A program made the position numbers and the translations under genes. The notes below the pieces were generated by a model. That model was not told the DNA's origin, did not search any database, and was given only the letters and a program-made list of their open reading frames with translations. 64,000 nt of DNA from a virus (Duplodnaviria; Caudoviricetes): IMG/VR virus record IMGVR_UViG_3300021387_000087, one strand, 5' to 3'. This document shows positions 19,987 through 30,770 of the stretch, piece after piece; the stretch's first letter is position 1; every line of letters begins with the position of its first letter.

Positions 19987-21549
19987 TCACCATTTATCAA
20001 TACCTGCAAGAACATTAATTTCCTTCTGGACTACATCGTACCAATTACCCAAATTTTTGCGCCTGTTCTTGCCGTTACCATATCGTTTTACGATAGAAGA
20101 ATTGCCATTAAGCAAACCTTCCGCAATTTTATAAACCCAGTTTACTTTTGCTTGAACTTCTGTTGCGTTATAACCCGCTTTAGTCAACTTAGTAAACCGT
20201 TCTGTACCATCAACTGCGCCTTTCCCGAATTTTCCTTGATATACTTGCTGAACAATGTCGGGGGTTACTTCTTTAAAAACAACAGGCACGACAGCAGTTT
20301 GCTTTTGATCTGTTTGTTTATCAATTATTTTTTCTTCGGTAACAATCTTCTTACTACCAGAAGAATCTACAATATATTCAATATCGAAAGCGATTTCATT
20401 ATTAACGCATTCAAGAATACCATTCCATGGATAACTATAGTACATTCTTAAATGACTTTCGCCACGACCATATTTCTCATCGTATTCTCCAACTTGTTTC
20501 TGATCACCTTGTTTACCACCAGTAGCAGTGCCTTTCTCATTAATACTGAATTCCATTAATACATCGGGTTCTGCACTAAGGCACATAGCAGTATGACAAG
20601 TTTCATTTAAATAAACATCACCCATTTGAGCGATAAATGACATGGGACGCCATTTAAAATTACCCGTTCCAGTCATACATTTCCTCATATTGCCTGTATA
20701 TGTTGCACCACCACAGCTAATTCCAGCAGCTTCAAATGCGGATATAACAGCAGAAGAGCAATCTCTATCACCAGATTTAATGGTATACTTTCTTCCATAA
20801 ATATCAATTGTTTCTGTTCCTTTACCCCAACGTTTATCCATGTCTTGCGTGTAACCATGATCTTTATGAGTACAAAGATGTTTCATAATTAACATGGCAA
20901 CTTCTTTTTTATATACATGATAAACCTTTTTCACAGGCTCAGTAGTTGAACCTTTTACAGCATTTTCAGCTTTAGTATAAAAAGGTACATACCAGACAGA
21001 TTCATCTACATTACCCGCAATACCCGGAATATGCGCTCTAGAAGTAAACTGCCATCCATCCATAGAATAAGACGGCTTATATTTAATTTCTTGTTTGCCA
21101 GAATTTGTTCCATAAGCTGGAATCCATCTACGGCATTCAAATCCTTTTAAAGGATCACGCCAATAAGCCTGACCTGCATATACACCAGAATTGTTACCAA
21201 ATTCTTTTAGCCACGCAGTAGCCGCTTGTTTATTTAAATGACGCAAATTCCATTCTTCTAAATCAAGCCAATGTGAAACAGGATGGTATTCTTTAGTAAC
21301 CCTTTTCTCATGCTCAATTTCACTTTTGATTTGATTAGTACTTCCAGCATAAGAATACAAATATGTTCCATAGGGGATACCATATTTTTCACATTGCTCT
21401 ACATTATATTTAAAATATTTATCATCCTGTCGTGACGAATTGTCTCCATATCCAGTGCGCAGAATCGCACCGTCAATGTAATCCTTAACACGCTTCCAAT
21501 CAATTTTTCCTTGATGCTCAGACACATCAATAATTCTCTGCTCAGCCAT
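19987..21549 (-). CDS. Endolysin: GH25 muramidase + Cys/His amidohydrolase + CW_7-like binding repeats
   Basis: IDVSEHQG, WLDLEE, WQFTS; DRDCSSAV...HTAM; GKFGKG..R...L...GY...VQ..VN repeats. Confidence 0.85.
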   Translation of the reverse strand: MAEQRIIDVSEHQGKIDWKRVKDYIDGAILRTGYGDNSSRQDDKYFKYNVEQCEKYGIPYGTYLYSYAGSTNQIKSEIEHEKRVTKEYHPVSHWLDLEEWNLRHLNKQAATAWLKEFGNNSGVYAGQAYWRDPLKGFECRRWIPAYGTNSGKQEIKYKPSYSMDGWQFTSRAHIPGIAGNVDESVWYVPFYTKAENAVKGSTTEPVKKVYHVYKKEVAMLIMKHLCTHKDHGYTQDMDKRWGKGTETIDIYGRKYTIKSGDRDCSSAVISAFEAAGISCGGATYTGNMRKCMTGTGNFKWRPMSFIAQMGDVYLNETCHTAMCLSAEPDVLMEFSINEKGTATGGKQGDQKQVGEYDEKYGRGESHLRMYYSYPWNGILECVNNEIAFDIEYIVDSSGSKKIVTEEKIIDKQTDQKQTAVVPVVFKEVTPDIVQQVYQGKFGKGAVDGTERFTKLTKAGYNATEVQAKVNWVYKIAEGLLNGNSSIVKRYGNGKNRRKNLGNWYDVVQKEINVLAGIDKW

Positions 21550-21578
21550 AAGCATCCCCTTTCTACATACTAAAAATG

Positions 21579-21608
21579 CCCACCACACCTATGACAGTGT
21601 GATGGGCT
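21579..21608. terminator. Hairpin after HU gene
   Basis: GCCCAcCACAC...GTGTGaTGGGC with a T-run on the minus strand. Confidence 0.5.
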
Positions 21609-21642
21609 ACATCTATATCAGTATTTAATTGTCAAAATTTAA

Positions 21643-21918
21643 TTAATTTGCAGCTTCTTTAAGAGCCTTACCAATCTTAACAGACACCTTCTTCTTGGCG
21701 GGAATCTCAATAGTCTCCCCAGTCATAGGATTGCGTCCAGTCCTTGCGGCAACATCCTTAACAACAACGGTCATACCGTTAGTCAGCTTCAGATCCTCAT
21801 GTGCTTTAACACAATCAAAGATAACGGACTCCACAGCATTAACAAATGCCTTAGTGTCCACCTTTGTAAAACCAGACTTTTCTGCAACCTTTGAAATAAA
21901 TTCCTGCTTGTTTACCAT
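21643..21918 (-). CDS. hup: HU-family DNA-binding protein (YonN-like position)
   Basis: MVNKQEFI...AARTGRNPMTGETIEIPAKK. Confidence 0.92.
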   Translation of the reverse strand: MVNKQEFISKVAEKSGFTKVDTKAFVNAVESVIFDCVKAHEDLKLTNGMTVVVKDVAARTGRNPMTGETIEIPAKKKVSVKIGKALKEAAN

Positions 21919-22100
21919 AATTTTTCTCCTTTACTTCTTTTGTAATCTTTTTGTTTCTTGTATCTAAAAGCTTATATGATATCATATAAACTTCCTTTCA
22001 TATATATCCAGATATTTGAACTAATCAACATTCAAAAAAACTAATGATTTACTTGCTATTTTAAAACATGTAAAATATTCGTTGTAAAAATTAATTATAT

Positions 22101-24743
22101 TTAGTCACTTTTAAAACATTGCAAGAACTGTTCTGGATTTAAAGTATATAAAACTTTCAATAGAATTGCTCTATTGTTATGAGTTTTACTTGTAGGAGCG
22201 CCACCAATATTTTTTATATTCTGTGTAATAACAAAAGCTCTATCTATTAAATAAGACATAAGCCCTATATATTTCTTTCCAAATTTAATTTCTCTAATAT
22301 CAGCTATTAATTGATCGAAATCATTGCGTAATAATAAAATATCTTCTTGAGAATCGTTATCGCCTTTCCGATTATATTGGTCTAATTTAAAACTATACTT
22401 TTCAATTAGTTTTTCAACTTTTCTGTTATTGTATTTTGTATCATTATCATAATGTTTTATAAAAAAATGCTCCATCAGAATTGGTTTAACATAATCTGCT
22501 AAAGTTGGATTAATGTTCATATTATAAAGAACATTCATCGGACAACGTATAGATCCGTTATATTTATCAGCACTAATATTTAACGAACCCATGCCATTGC
22601 GTTTATTATTATATTTCTGAATAGGCTTAAAAAATATCGGGTAACCATTGGCTTTAATATTTAAGTCTCTTTGAATTCTTTTTGTCTCTTCATTTAAATC
22701 AATATCATAAGCACGCTTACTTGAATCTATATATATTTGTGCAAGAACAGATAATATACTTACATAATCTTGATATTTTTTATCTGGAAAGGTATAAGAG
22801 TAGGAAAGTGCTATTTGCGCTAAATTAGATGATAACCCTATTCCCATTTGTGAAGACATTAACTTGTTGTCTATATTTGATAAATCTAAAGCCGTATTTT
22901 TATAACGTGTTGTATCTTTGGGAATATTGTTTTTTATTGTGGGAAATTGTAGTTGGCAATTTCTTGCATGAGAAACTATTGCGGATTGATTTGTAACATA
23001 AATTGTATCTCCGTCCATATCTGAGCCATTGTTTCTCTCTTCGAATACAGTTTCTCGCATATTTATTGCTATGCAATTTTTCCCTAAATAGAAATATTTT
23101 TTTATCCTCCAGTCCAAACGATTTTTCAAATAACCCATATTATTGGGACTATTAAAAGGACTCCTCATTTCACACAATAATTCCCCGTCTTCAAATCGTT
23201 CACTATAACATTGAATCGCTAATTCTTCCTGCTCAAACGTAGGATCATCTTCGGGCTTTTCTCCTACGGCAAACATTAACTCAGCATAAGGCGAACCAAC
23301 TATTGTCATATTATCGCCATTATTGATTATCCGTCCTGTCTTACTCATTTTTACATAAGACTTGATGATATTTGAACGCCGTTGTCTAAAATAACTAGAC
23401 CTTACAAAATCTTTATTGTGCTTTACCAAAGCCAATAGCACATCATAATCATTAGAAAAATTAACACCACGCCTTAAATAATCTAAAAACACATTGTCAT
23501 CAGTTTTTAATTTATATATATAATCCTTAGTACATTGGACAATACTCTCCATAATTTCTTCAGACATACAATTAACATGTTGATAACTCATCTTCTGGAC
23601 ATTACCCAATTTAGATTTTTTGGCAGTTTTTACAATCCCGAAATAACTATCATTATCTTCGATAACTCGTTTACACCAATAATCATAGTTGATTCGACCA
23701 TTCTTAAACTTAATCCACTTCATAGCCGATTCGTGACAAATGATTTTTACATCTTTAGCATAATGCTCATGACCAAATATATCTGTCAATTTCCACGTCT
23801 CATAATCAATCCCGTGTTCAGCAGCGTAATCTCTAAAAAACCCCTGAATGTCGGTATCAAAACATGCCATCTTGCAAAAATGATTTCTAAGAAGAACAAA
23901 ACCGTTAATTTTTGGGAACTGTTCACGAACAAAATTATGATCAATCAATCCTTGCCCATCAAACATTGAATTGCTAATCTTAGCATTTTCACGCTTTACT
24001 GCATGTACGTGCCCATCTTCACCTTTTTCAATACTTATAATATCTTTAAAGCAATAAGAGTCATAATCATCAAGTACCAATATATCATAAGGATTAACCT
24101 TAATTTTCCCAATAATTGTACTCGTAGCCAGAGAAGAATAGGCTTCAGCTTCAACCAATAGCGGATTTTCATACTCATTAAGATCAATCCCCATATAAAG
24201 ATATTCTTTAGCTACATCGTACAATTCCTCTCTAATAAAATCTACAGTCCCCTTTTTAGCTTTGCCCGGTGTCCTGAACAGTCTTTTGTAATGAATCGTT
24301 TGTGATTCTTTACCTTTGCGAGCAGGAGGATAAGTAACATCTACACCTTCTGTGTAAACTTTATCTCTCGCTTCAGCACGATTATATCTAACATATTTGT
24401 CTTGATTTACTTCAGCCCTCGTTAGCAACTCATTAAAGTATTGTAGCTTTTGTTCTTTTTCCTCTTCACTTAATTTGTCGTTTTTCTCTGTATCTTTAAT
24501 ACATTTTTTAATATGTGCTTTTTCTTGTTCGTAGCTTCTTGTACCGTATTTAAAATCAAGAACAATTACATCTCTGGTTGAAGTATCTCTATAAATATCC
24601 AACCCATGTTTCTTCATATAATCTAAAAACAGACTATTACAAAGCATAGCGTCCGTCATATCAATATAATCACGGACGCCAGCATTCTTCTCTAAAAGGC
24701 TTCCAACAACGATGTTTTTAATCTTTATTCCGTATTCGCCCAT
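22101..24743 (-). CDS. YonO-like single-subunit two-barrel DNA-dependent RNA polymerase
   Basis: 880 aa; FDGQGL, LRNHFCK, RSPFN and catalytic GSDMDGD (DxDGD); sits next to HU as yonO-yonN do in SPbeta. Confidence 0.85.
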   Translation of the reverse strand: MGEYGIKIKNIVVGSLLEKNAGVRDYIDMTDAMLCNSLFLDYMKKHGLDIYRDTSTRDVIVLDFKYGTRSYEQEKAHIKKCIKDTEKNDKLSEEEKEQKLQYFNELLTRAEVNQDKYVRYNRAEARDKVYTEGVDVTYPPARKGKESQTIHYKRLFRTPGKAKKGTVDFIREELYDVAKEYLYMGIDLNEYENPLLVEAEAYSSLATSTIIGKIKVNPYDILVLDDYDSYCFKDIISIEKGEDGHVHAVKRENAKISNSMFDGQGLIDHNFVREQFPKINGFVLLRNHFCKMACFDTDIQGFFRDYAAEHGIDYETWKLTDIFGHEHYAKDVKIICHESAMKWIKFKNGRINYDYWCKRVIEDNDSYFGIVKTAKKSKLGNVQKMSYQHVNCMSEEIMESIVQCTKDYIYKLKTDDNVFLDYLRRGVNFSNDYDVLLALVKHNKDFVRSSYFRQRRSNIIKSYVKMSKTGRIINNGDNMTIVGSPYAELMFAVGEKPEDDPTFEQEELAIQCYSERFEDGELLCEMRSPFNSPNNMGYLKNRLDWRIKKYFYLGKNCIAINMRETVFEERNNGSDMDGDTIYVTNQSAIVSHARNCQLQFPTIKNNIPKDTTRYKNTALDLSNIDNKLMSSQMGIGLSSNLAQIALSYSYTFPDKKYQDYVSILSVLAQIYIDSSKRAYDIDLNEETKRIQRDLNIKANGYPIFFKPIQKYNNKRNGMGSLNISADKYNGSIRCPMNVLYNMNINPTLADYVKPILMEHFFIKHYDNDTKYNNRKVEKLIEKYSFKLDQYNRKGDNDSQEDILLLRNDFDQLIADIREIKFGKKYIGLMSYLIDRAFVITQNIKNIGGAPTSKTHNNRAILLKVLYTLNPEQFLQCFKSD

Positions 24744-24763
24744 GCATCTTTAGCCTCCTTTAC

Positions 24764-25981
24764 TCACAACATTTGCAGTTTCTCAACTTGCTCTTTTAAA
24801 GCAGCCACAAACAATTTAATTTCGTATTCAGTCGTATTTCTATCCATACTAATACGAATCGTATTATTAATCTCTTTGTCTGTTAAACCAATTTCCTTCA
24901 ACACTTTACTCGGTTTCTTAACTCCTGCATGACAAGCACTACCAGCAGACACTTGACAACCCTCAAAAATATCCAAATTAGTTATTAGCTGTTCATTGTC
25001 AATTCCATTAAAAGTAACATTAACGATATTTGTCAATCCGTTATAGGGGCTATTAATCTTTATGTCATATCTTGTCATTAGGAAATCCAACAAAAGACTT
25101 CTACATCTTTTCAAATTCCTATTATCTTCATCAATAGTCTTATACGCTTGATCCATAGCCCGACCCATCATAACAATAGAAGGAGCGTCTTCAGTGCCAG
25201 ACCGCATTCCTTTTTCCTGACCACCACCATGCAGAAGCGGATTAATTTCAATGCCATTTCTTACATACAAAAAACCAACCCCATGAGGTGCGCCGAACTT
25301 ATGACCAGACACCGACATCATATCAATACCCATATCTTGTACGTCAATCTTCATATGCGTAAAAGCTTGAACTGCATCTACATGCAACACTCCATCATAC
25401 TTGTGTACAATTTTACTAATTGTCTTAATATCATTAATTGACCCAATTTCATTATTCGCCATCATAATTGACACAAGAATTGGATATTGTTTAACATTTG
25501 GCGTATAACGAATACGTTCTTCCAAAGATTCTAAATCAACCGTACCGCTATTATGACATTTCACTATATTCACACTATTGGCAATACTCATTTCATAAAG
25601 CCATACAGCAGGATTAATAACAGAAGGATGCTCAAGACTTGAGACAAAAATTGATGGTGTTAAACGATAATAATCAAACATCTTAGAAGACCCACGAGGA
25701 GCATTCCAATGATGATACTTCTCACAACACCACCCCTTAATCGCTAGATTATTGGCTTCTGTACCTCCAGATGTAAAGATAATCTTATCGCCATCCTGAC
25801 CATTAATACACTTCAAAATATCCTGTCGTACATCCTCAATAGCCTGTCGTGTCTTCATCGATCCCTGAGAGATAGAAGAGGGGTTCCACCAATATTCCCT
25901 ACATAAGGAGCCATACTCCTGTATCATTTCTTCCTCAGGCTGCATTGTAGCAGCGTTATCAAAATAAAGTGATGCTGACAT
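24764..25981 (-). CDS. iscS: Cysteine desulfurase (IscS/NifS family)
   Basis: YFDNAAT, FTSGGTEANN, EHPSV, HVDAVQ, SGHKF (PLP Lys), SAGSAC (catalytic Cys). Confidence 0.92.
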   Translation of the reverse strand: MSASLYFDNAATMQPEEEMIQEYGSLCREYWWNPSSISQGSMKTRQAIEDVRQDILKCINGQDGDKIIFTSGGTEANNLAIKGWCCEKYHHWNAPRGSSKMFDYYRLTPSIFVSSLEHPSVINPAVWLYEMSIANSVNIVKCHNSGTVDLESLEERIRYTPNVKQYPILVSIMMANNEIGSINDIKTISKIVHKYDGVLHVDAVQAFTHMKIDVQDMGIDMMSVSGHKFGAPHGVGFLYVRNGIEINPLLHGGGQEKGMRSGTEDAPSIVMMGRAMDQAYKTIDEDNRNLKRCRSLLLDFLMTRYDIKINSPYNGLTNIVNVTFNGIDNEQLITNLDIFEGCQVSAGSACHAGVKKPSKVLKEIGLTDKEINNTIRISMDRNTTEYEIKLFVAALKEQVEKLQML

Positions 25982-26423
25982 TTATTCACCATACCTTTCT
26001 ATATATTTTTTAATCCCCAAGAGGGATTTGTTTAACATCACAGAATTGTTCGAATAACTCTCCATTGCTAATTGCCTCTTGCATTCTTTCATCTATTGCA
26101 CTCATCAAAAAATTAAATGTCATATGTTTATTAGGACTCCAAACATACTTATAATTCCATTTATCTACAATAGGATACCCAAAAGGATTAGGCTTCCATT
26201 TTTGCTTTAATCCTTCGACAAAAGCAATATATTCATCAACCATTTCTTCTTCGACCTTTCAATTCCAATATCCAAGCCTCAAACATTCCCTCTTCAACAT
26301 CTTTACACCATCCAATCCTATGGTCATAATAATACAGTCCGACCTGTTCACCTTTGCGCCTTACCTGATAATTACCAGATTCCATACAAAAATCATAACC
26401 ATCCAGTTTCGTTTCAAACCAAG

Positions 26424-26777
26424 TCATTCCTCAACCTCCACAGTGTATAATGGTTTTTTAAAATCATGTACAGATGTAAAATGCATATCTATATCTAAAT
26501 ATCGATTCGCTACAATTCTATATATCTTGTCTCCATTATGATTATAAGTACAATAATCATCTTGATTAACTTCTATCTGTATATCAGATTCAGCAATAAC
26601 TTTAGAAGTAAATACCATACCATTCATTTTCAGTTTCAAATAAAATGGCTTATTCTCATTAATATCAATAGCGCTCATATCAAAATACGAAGTGCCACAA
26701 TAAGGACAAGTATTTAATTCTGTTTTGTACGGTGCCCCGCAGTTAGGACAATTTCTTTGACTCATTTTCAACCTCAT
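26424..26777 (-). CDS. Zinc-ribbon protein
   Basis: CPNCG...CPYCG at the N-terminus; coupled to the radical SAM gene. Confidence 0.6.
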   Translation of the reverse strand: MRLKMSQRNCPNCGAPYKTELNTCPYCGTSYFDMSAIDINENKPFYLKLKMNGMVFTSKVIAESDIQIEVNQDDYCTYNHNGDKIYRIVANRYLDIDMHFTSVHDFKKPLYTVEVEE

Positions 26778-27663
26778 TCCGAATCACTTGAAACATCTCA
26801 TCAACAGTTTTATTTCCAATAGGATAATGGATTTCCGACAGACTACTTCTTGCAAACGTCCCATTTACCAAATCAATATAAAACGTAATAGTGCCATCAT
26901 CACCCGCATAAAACATTTCCCAATCTTCATCAGAAAGTTTATCTCTCATATGAAGTTGCTCAAGTGCAAGATTATCAAAAGATACAACGTCAAAATGATC
27001 TGTCAATCGCATAATATCCTGTTCAAGAAAATAAATCTTGGATTCAATATTATACATATGATCCTTATAAAAATTATTGCCACGACCTTTATGTTTATAT
27101 CCCAAAATAAGAAGTTTTAGTCCCTTATCCATCATATATTTAATATCGGTTTGTTTAACAACACCTGCAATTACATGAATAATGGCATTAGGATATTCTT
27201 TAACAGTATCAATAAATCCCTCTTCGGTAGGATTAACTAAAGAAATACCAATTCCCTTAATCAAATCCATTTTATATAGAAACTTAATAAACTGCTGACC
27301 ATACTCACTCATAAAATGTCTCTGATTAATTGTTGCATTGACAAACACATTCTGGGCTTTCATGGTATATAAAAATTCCATCAAATCGGGGGGTGTAGGA
27401 AACTGAAGATTAATCGCAAGTTCTGTATAAGGATGCATGGTATGCAGAAATTTCCAACTTGTTAAATCACCATGCTTACCAGTAGGAGAGCATCCCGCAT
27501 AGCAAAATTCACATCCATTATCGCAACACTGCGAAATTTGAATATCACAGGATTCTGAGAAATCATAATAGAAATCATCATCATTTGTTACGTGAAATTT
27601 TGTTCCATCATCAAAAATTGTGGTAATTGTATTACCATTCTTATATGTAGCAAGTTCTTTCAT
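26743..27663 (-). CDS. Radical SAM protein
   Basis: CDNGCEFC (CxxxCxxC); no obvious C-terminal SPASM cysteines. Confidence 0.88.
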   Translation of the reverse strand: MKELATYKNGNTITTIFDDGTKFHVTNDDDFYYDFSESCDIQISQCCDNGCEFCYAGCSPTGKHGDLTSWKFLHTMHPYTELAINLQFPTPPDLMEFLYTMKAQNVFVNATINQRHFMSEYGQQFIKFLYKMDLIKGIGISLVNPTEEGFIDTVKEYPNAIIHVIAGVVKQTDIKYMMDKGLKLLILGYKHKGRGNNFYKDHMYNIESKIYFLEQDIMRLTDHFDVVSFDNLALEQLHMRDKLSDEDWEMFYAGDDGTITFYIDLVNGTFARSSLSEIHYPIGNKTVDEMFQVIRNEVENESKKLS

Positions 27664-27672
27664 TACATCTCC

Positions 27673-27972
27673 TTAATGATCTTCTTTTGCATAGCTTATA
27701 CCAACTACTTTATCGCCATGGTCTGTAGTATAATGCTTTATTTCATAGTCTGCTTCTTCGTCAAAATAACTATCTCTATAGCGCCAACTTTCTAACTCTT
27801 TCTCTGTCAGACCTTGTATACTAACCCATTTTTCATCCCATATATCCCATTTATAATTATCATCTTCATCCATCTTCATTAATGCGTCATATTCTTTTTT
27901 TGGCATAATTATTAACGAATGCGAGAGGGATGAATTAGTTTCCCAAACACCGTATCTTATATTCTTTTTCAT
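27673..27972 (-). CDS. ETNSSS-motif protein 4
   Basis: MKKNIRYGVWETNSSLSHSL. Confidence 0.75.
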   Translation of the reverse strand: MKKNIRYGVWETNSSLSHSLIIMPKKEYDALMKMDEDDNYKWDIWDEKWVSIQGLTEKELESWRYRDSYFDEEADYEIKHYTTDHGDKVVGISYAKEDH

Positions 27973-27987
27973 TTTATTTTAACCTCA

Positions 27988-28401
27988 CTACTCTGAAATA
28001 TACTGTGAAACAGCAACTACAACATCGCCACTAGGAGTCGTTAATTCTTTTATAATACTATCGCCTACATCGTCATCTGAATGTGCAAAACGGGCATACT
28101 GAAAACGATTCGCATAAAAATCAAAAATTTCATTATCAGTTAAATCAATGAAATCTTTACTCTTTTCCCAACGACCCGATTCATAATCTTTTTTAAACCA
28201 AGAGTTTTCTCTACCCTGTTGAATAATATCTTTTTTAGAAATCCATTCATTATTCCATGTATCCCAAAACCAATCGGGATCATATCGTTTTTTATCAGCT
28301 TCTCGCTCTTGTTTAAGATAATCTTCTTTAAGCATAAGAGTGAGTGTATGCTGACTACTTGAATTTGTTTCAAAAGTCTTATATCTAATTTGTGTTTTCA
28401 T
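27988..28401 (-). CDS. ETNSSS-motif protein 3
   Basis: MKTQIRYKTFETNSSSQHTL. Confidence 0.75.
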   Translation of the reverse strand: MKTQIRYKTFETNSSSQHTLTLMLKEDYLKQEREADKKRYDPDWFWDTWNNEWISKKDIIQQGRENSWFKKDYESGRWEKSKDFIDLTDNEIFDFYANRFQYARFAHSDDDVGDSIIKELTTPSGDVVVAVSQYISE

Positions 28402-29452
28402 TAAGCACCACCTGTCTATTCACATCAGCAAGAAACTTGTTAATCCTATCATAATCAGGATTAGCAGGAAGTTCCGTATGTTCTTTCCAGTATTCTAATT
28501 TACTCTCTAAATCATCTACAATATCATAAAACTCTGGAAGTGGATGATCCTCGTCATCAAGGTACTTGCCATTCCTGATATCCATAAGAAAATCGTGTTC
28601 TTTCGCACGATATGTAATAATCTCACCTTTTTCAAGAATATCAAAACACATCAGATAAAGCCGTACCAGATGCATCATATGCTTTCCAAGTTTGCCACGT
28701 TCAATCGCTTTACGATTCCGCGCACCAATTTTTGCATATTCTTTAACAATTGCAACCATTTCTGACCACATAGACTTATAATCTCGAAGCGGATAGTGCT
28801 TCAAGTTAACATCCATGAAAATCTCAGTGTCGTAATCAGGATTTACCGCTTCATCAATATATAATTTAATTGCATCTTCTGGATATTCAAAAAACTTTGT
28901 AGGAAAAGTATATTTGGCATTTTCAATACTACGCAGAATAAACTCTTCACGCTTAGTCTGTTCCATAGTTCTAGCGGCACGGTTTTCGAGCCTACGAAGC
29001 TGTGACGAGGCATAACCGCCAAAAGAATGAATAGCACGCTTAGAAAGAAACATATCCCTGTTATCAATCAAAGCCTGACCAATATCTGTCACATAAAAAT
29101 ACTGCCAAGGCTCAAGACCAAGAATTTCAATTGTATTAGGATTGCAATTGGAGAGAAGATTAACAATTTTCTCAAGAGAATAAACAGTAGTATCTGTTTC
29201 TTCATTTACAACTTGCTCAAATCCCTTACGAGTAAGAATGTCCTCTGCGCTATGAGTAGCCACACCACGCACATCGATATCACTATTTTCATTATTGGTG
29301 CCATAGGCATAGCTGCCACCAAGTCCCAGAAGAACAATATTGTCGCCCAAAGGCTTTTCCCGCAAAAACTTGTATCTTTCATCTTCATACAACGCTGTTT
29401 GAATATCTTCTACAACCATTGCGATTTCTAAATCATCTGCTGTTCTAATCAT
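28385..29452 (-). CDS. Pol-beta-superfamily nucleotidyltransferase (RlaP/YcgL-like)
   Basis: GGSYAYGTNNENSDIDVRG, NPNTIE, KHMMHLVRL. Confidence 0.85.
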   Translation of the reverse strand: MIRTADDLEIAMVVEDIQTALYEDERYKFLREKPLGDNIVLLGLGGSYAYGTNNENSDIDVRGVATHSAEDILTRKGFEQVVNEETDTTVYSLEKIVNLLSNCNPNTIEILGLEPWQYFYVTDIGQALIDNRDMFLSKRAIHSFGGYASSQLRRLENRAARTMEQTKREEFILRSIENAKYTFPTKFFEYPEDAIKLYIDEAVNPDYDTEIFMDVNLKHYPLRDYKSMWSEMVAIVKEYAKIGARNRKAIERGKLGKHMMHLVRLYLMCFDILEKGEIITYRAKEHDFLMDIRNGKYLDDEDHPLPEFYDIVDDLESKLEYWKEHTELPANPDYDRINKFLADVNRQVVLNENTN

Positions 29453-29944
29453 TTAATCACACCTTGTCTCCAATCCAACATATTTATTAAAAATAAATTC
29501 AACACACGCTTGAGAATCCCAAAGACTTACTATACAATTATCATCACACCAACCACCATCCAGCTGTTGATGATCAAAATAATCATAAGCTTCTTCCCAT
29601 TTACATTCATCTACTTTAACACCACGACATAACACGCCGTTATGTTTTGTTACATATTTCCCAAATGCTTCATTAAAATAGTTTATAATATATCCTTTAT
29701 CCTCAATCTTTTCTATATCAAAGTTATAATAAGCATACAACCATGTCATGATATATTTTAATTTTGTTTTCTGATTAAAGAACTGAGCCTCATCCTTGCC
29801 AAAATACTGATCCAAAGTGATATGCACATAACCATCTTCATGGATTTTCATATGACATTTTTCTAATCCTCTTTTACTAAAACAGAAGCTATGCACACTA
29901 CTGCTATTAGTCTCCCAAACATTACTCCGAATCTGTGTCTTCAT
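29453..29944 (-). CDS. ETNSSS-motif protein 2
   Basis: MKTQIRSNVWETNSSSVHSF; DHQ motif. Confidence 0.75.
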   Translation of the reverse strand: MKTQIRSNVWETNSSSVHSFCFSKRGLEKCHMKIHEDGYVHITLDQYFGKDEAQFFNQKTKLKYIMTWLYAYYNFDIEKIEDKGYIINYFNEAFGKYVTKHNGVLCRGVKVDECKWEEAYDYFDHQQLDGGWCDDNCIVSLWDSQACVEFIFNKYVGLETRCD

Positions 29945-30770
29945 CTATCCAATCTCCATTTTCATCAAAATCTTCGGGATGCTTTTCTTTATATAATTCC
30001 CAATCATAAGACCCCTCTTTTGGGTATTTAATCTGAATTGCGTTTTTATCCACAATTCCAGCTTCTAACATAGTGCCAAAAATATCACACTCATCGCCAT
30101 CTACGATAACCACGATATCTTTACGAATTAAGTAATCCTCAAGAGTGATATTATATTTTTCCAGAAATCGTTGAAAAAGTCCTACACTCTGATGATCCAC
30201 GCTTCCGAACTTAGGTACCTCTAACCAGATTTCTTCCTGCTTACGACCAGAATTACAGATTTCTTTATAATAAGGTTCTGAATCCTTATTGTAATAACTC
30301 CAGTTTCCATTGCGAACCAAATCATCGTATGGAACTTCTTCATAAGTTGTATAATCCTGATTCAAATCATCTGTTACAGTGTCTGAATATACACGAAATC
30401 TCTCTGAATCCATGTATGGTTCTACTTTGTCAACTCCAATTAGTTTCTTTAAAAGTGGCTCAAATACCTCATGAAATGTATTTTCACCTCGAATATAACT
30501 CTCTAAGCTATAACAACTTCCGCACATAGAAGCCAAAGCATAAGATAGCTTATCCCGAAAAGATGTAAGAACATCGAACTCTCTACCGAATTCTTTATTA
30601 CAATCGTGCATCAACTGAAGAGTGTGCTTATCTTTATTCCAATCCTCATCAAGATAATACTCATCTCGAATTTCTTTCTGAGTCATTGTCTGACGCTTTT
30701 TCATAATCAAAAGACTGTGCATTGATGAAGAATTAGTCTCCCAAGCCCCTTTTCTTACCGTCATTTTCAT
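29922..30770 (-). CDS. ETNSSS-motif protein 1
   Basis: MKMTVRKGAWETNSSSMHSL; DHQS motif. Confidence 0.75.
   Translation of the reverse strand: MKMTVRKGAWETNSSSMHSLLIMKKRQTMTQKEIRDEYYLDEDWNKDKHTLQLMHDCNKEFGREFDVLTSFRDKLSYALASMCGSCYSLESYIRGENTFHEVFEPLLKKLIGVDKVEPYMDSERFRVYSDTVTDDLNQDYTTYEEVPYDDLVRNGNWSYYNKDSEPYYKEICNSGRKQEEIWLEVPKFGSVDHQSVGLFQRFLEKYNITLEDYLIRKDIVVIVDGDECDIFGTMLEAGIVDKNAIQIKYPKEGSYDWELYKEKHPEDFDENGDWIDEDTDSE

Noticed and set aside
22101-24743. Eukaryote-type RNA-dependent RNA polymerase or reverse transcriptase
   Set aside because: DxDGD, size and position beside HU fit YonO-type DNA-dependent polymerases; there is no YADD-type motif.
24764-25981. DndA of a DNA phosphorothioation system
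   Set aside because: No dndBCDE or ssp genes are recognisable in the window.
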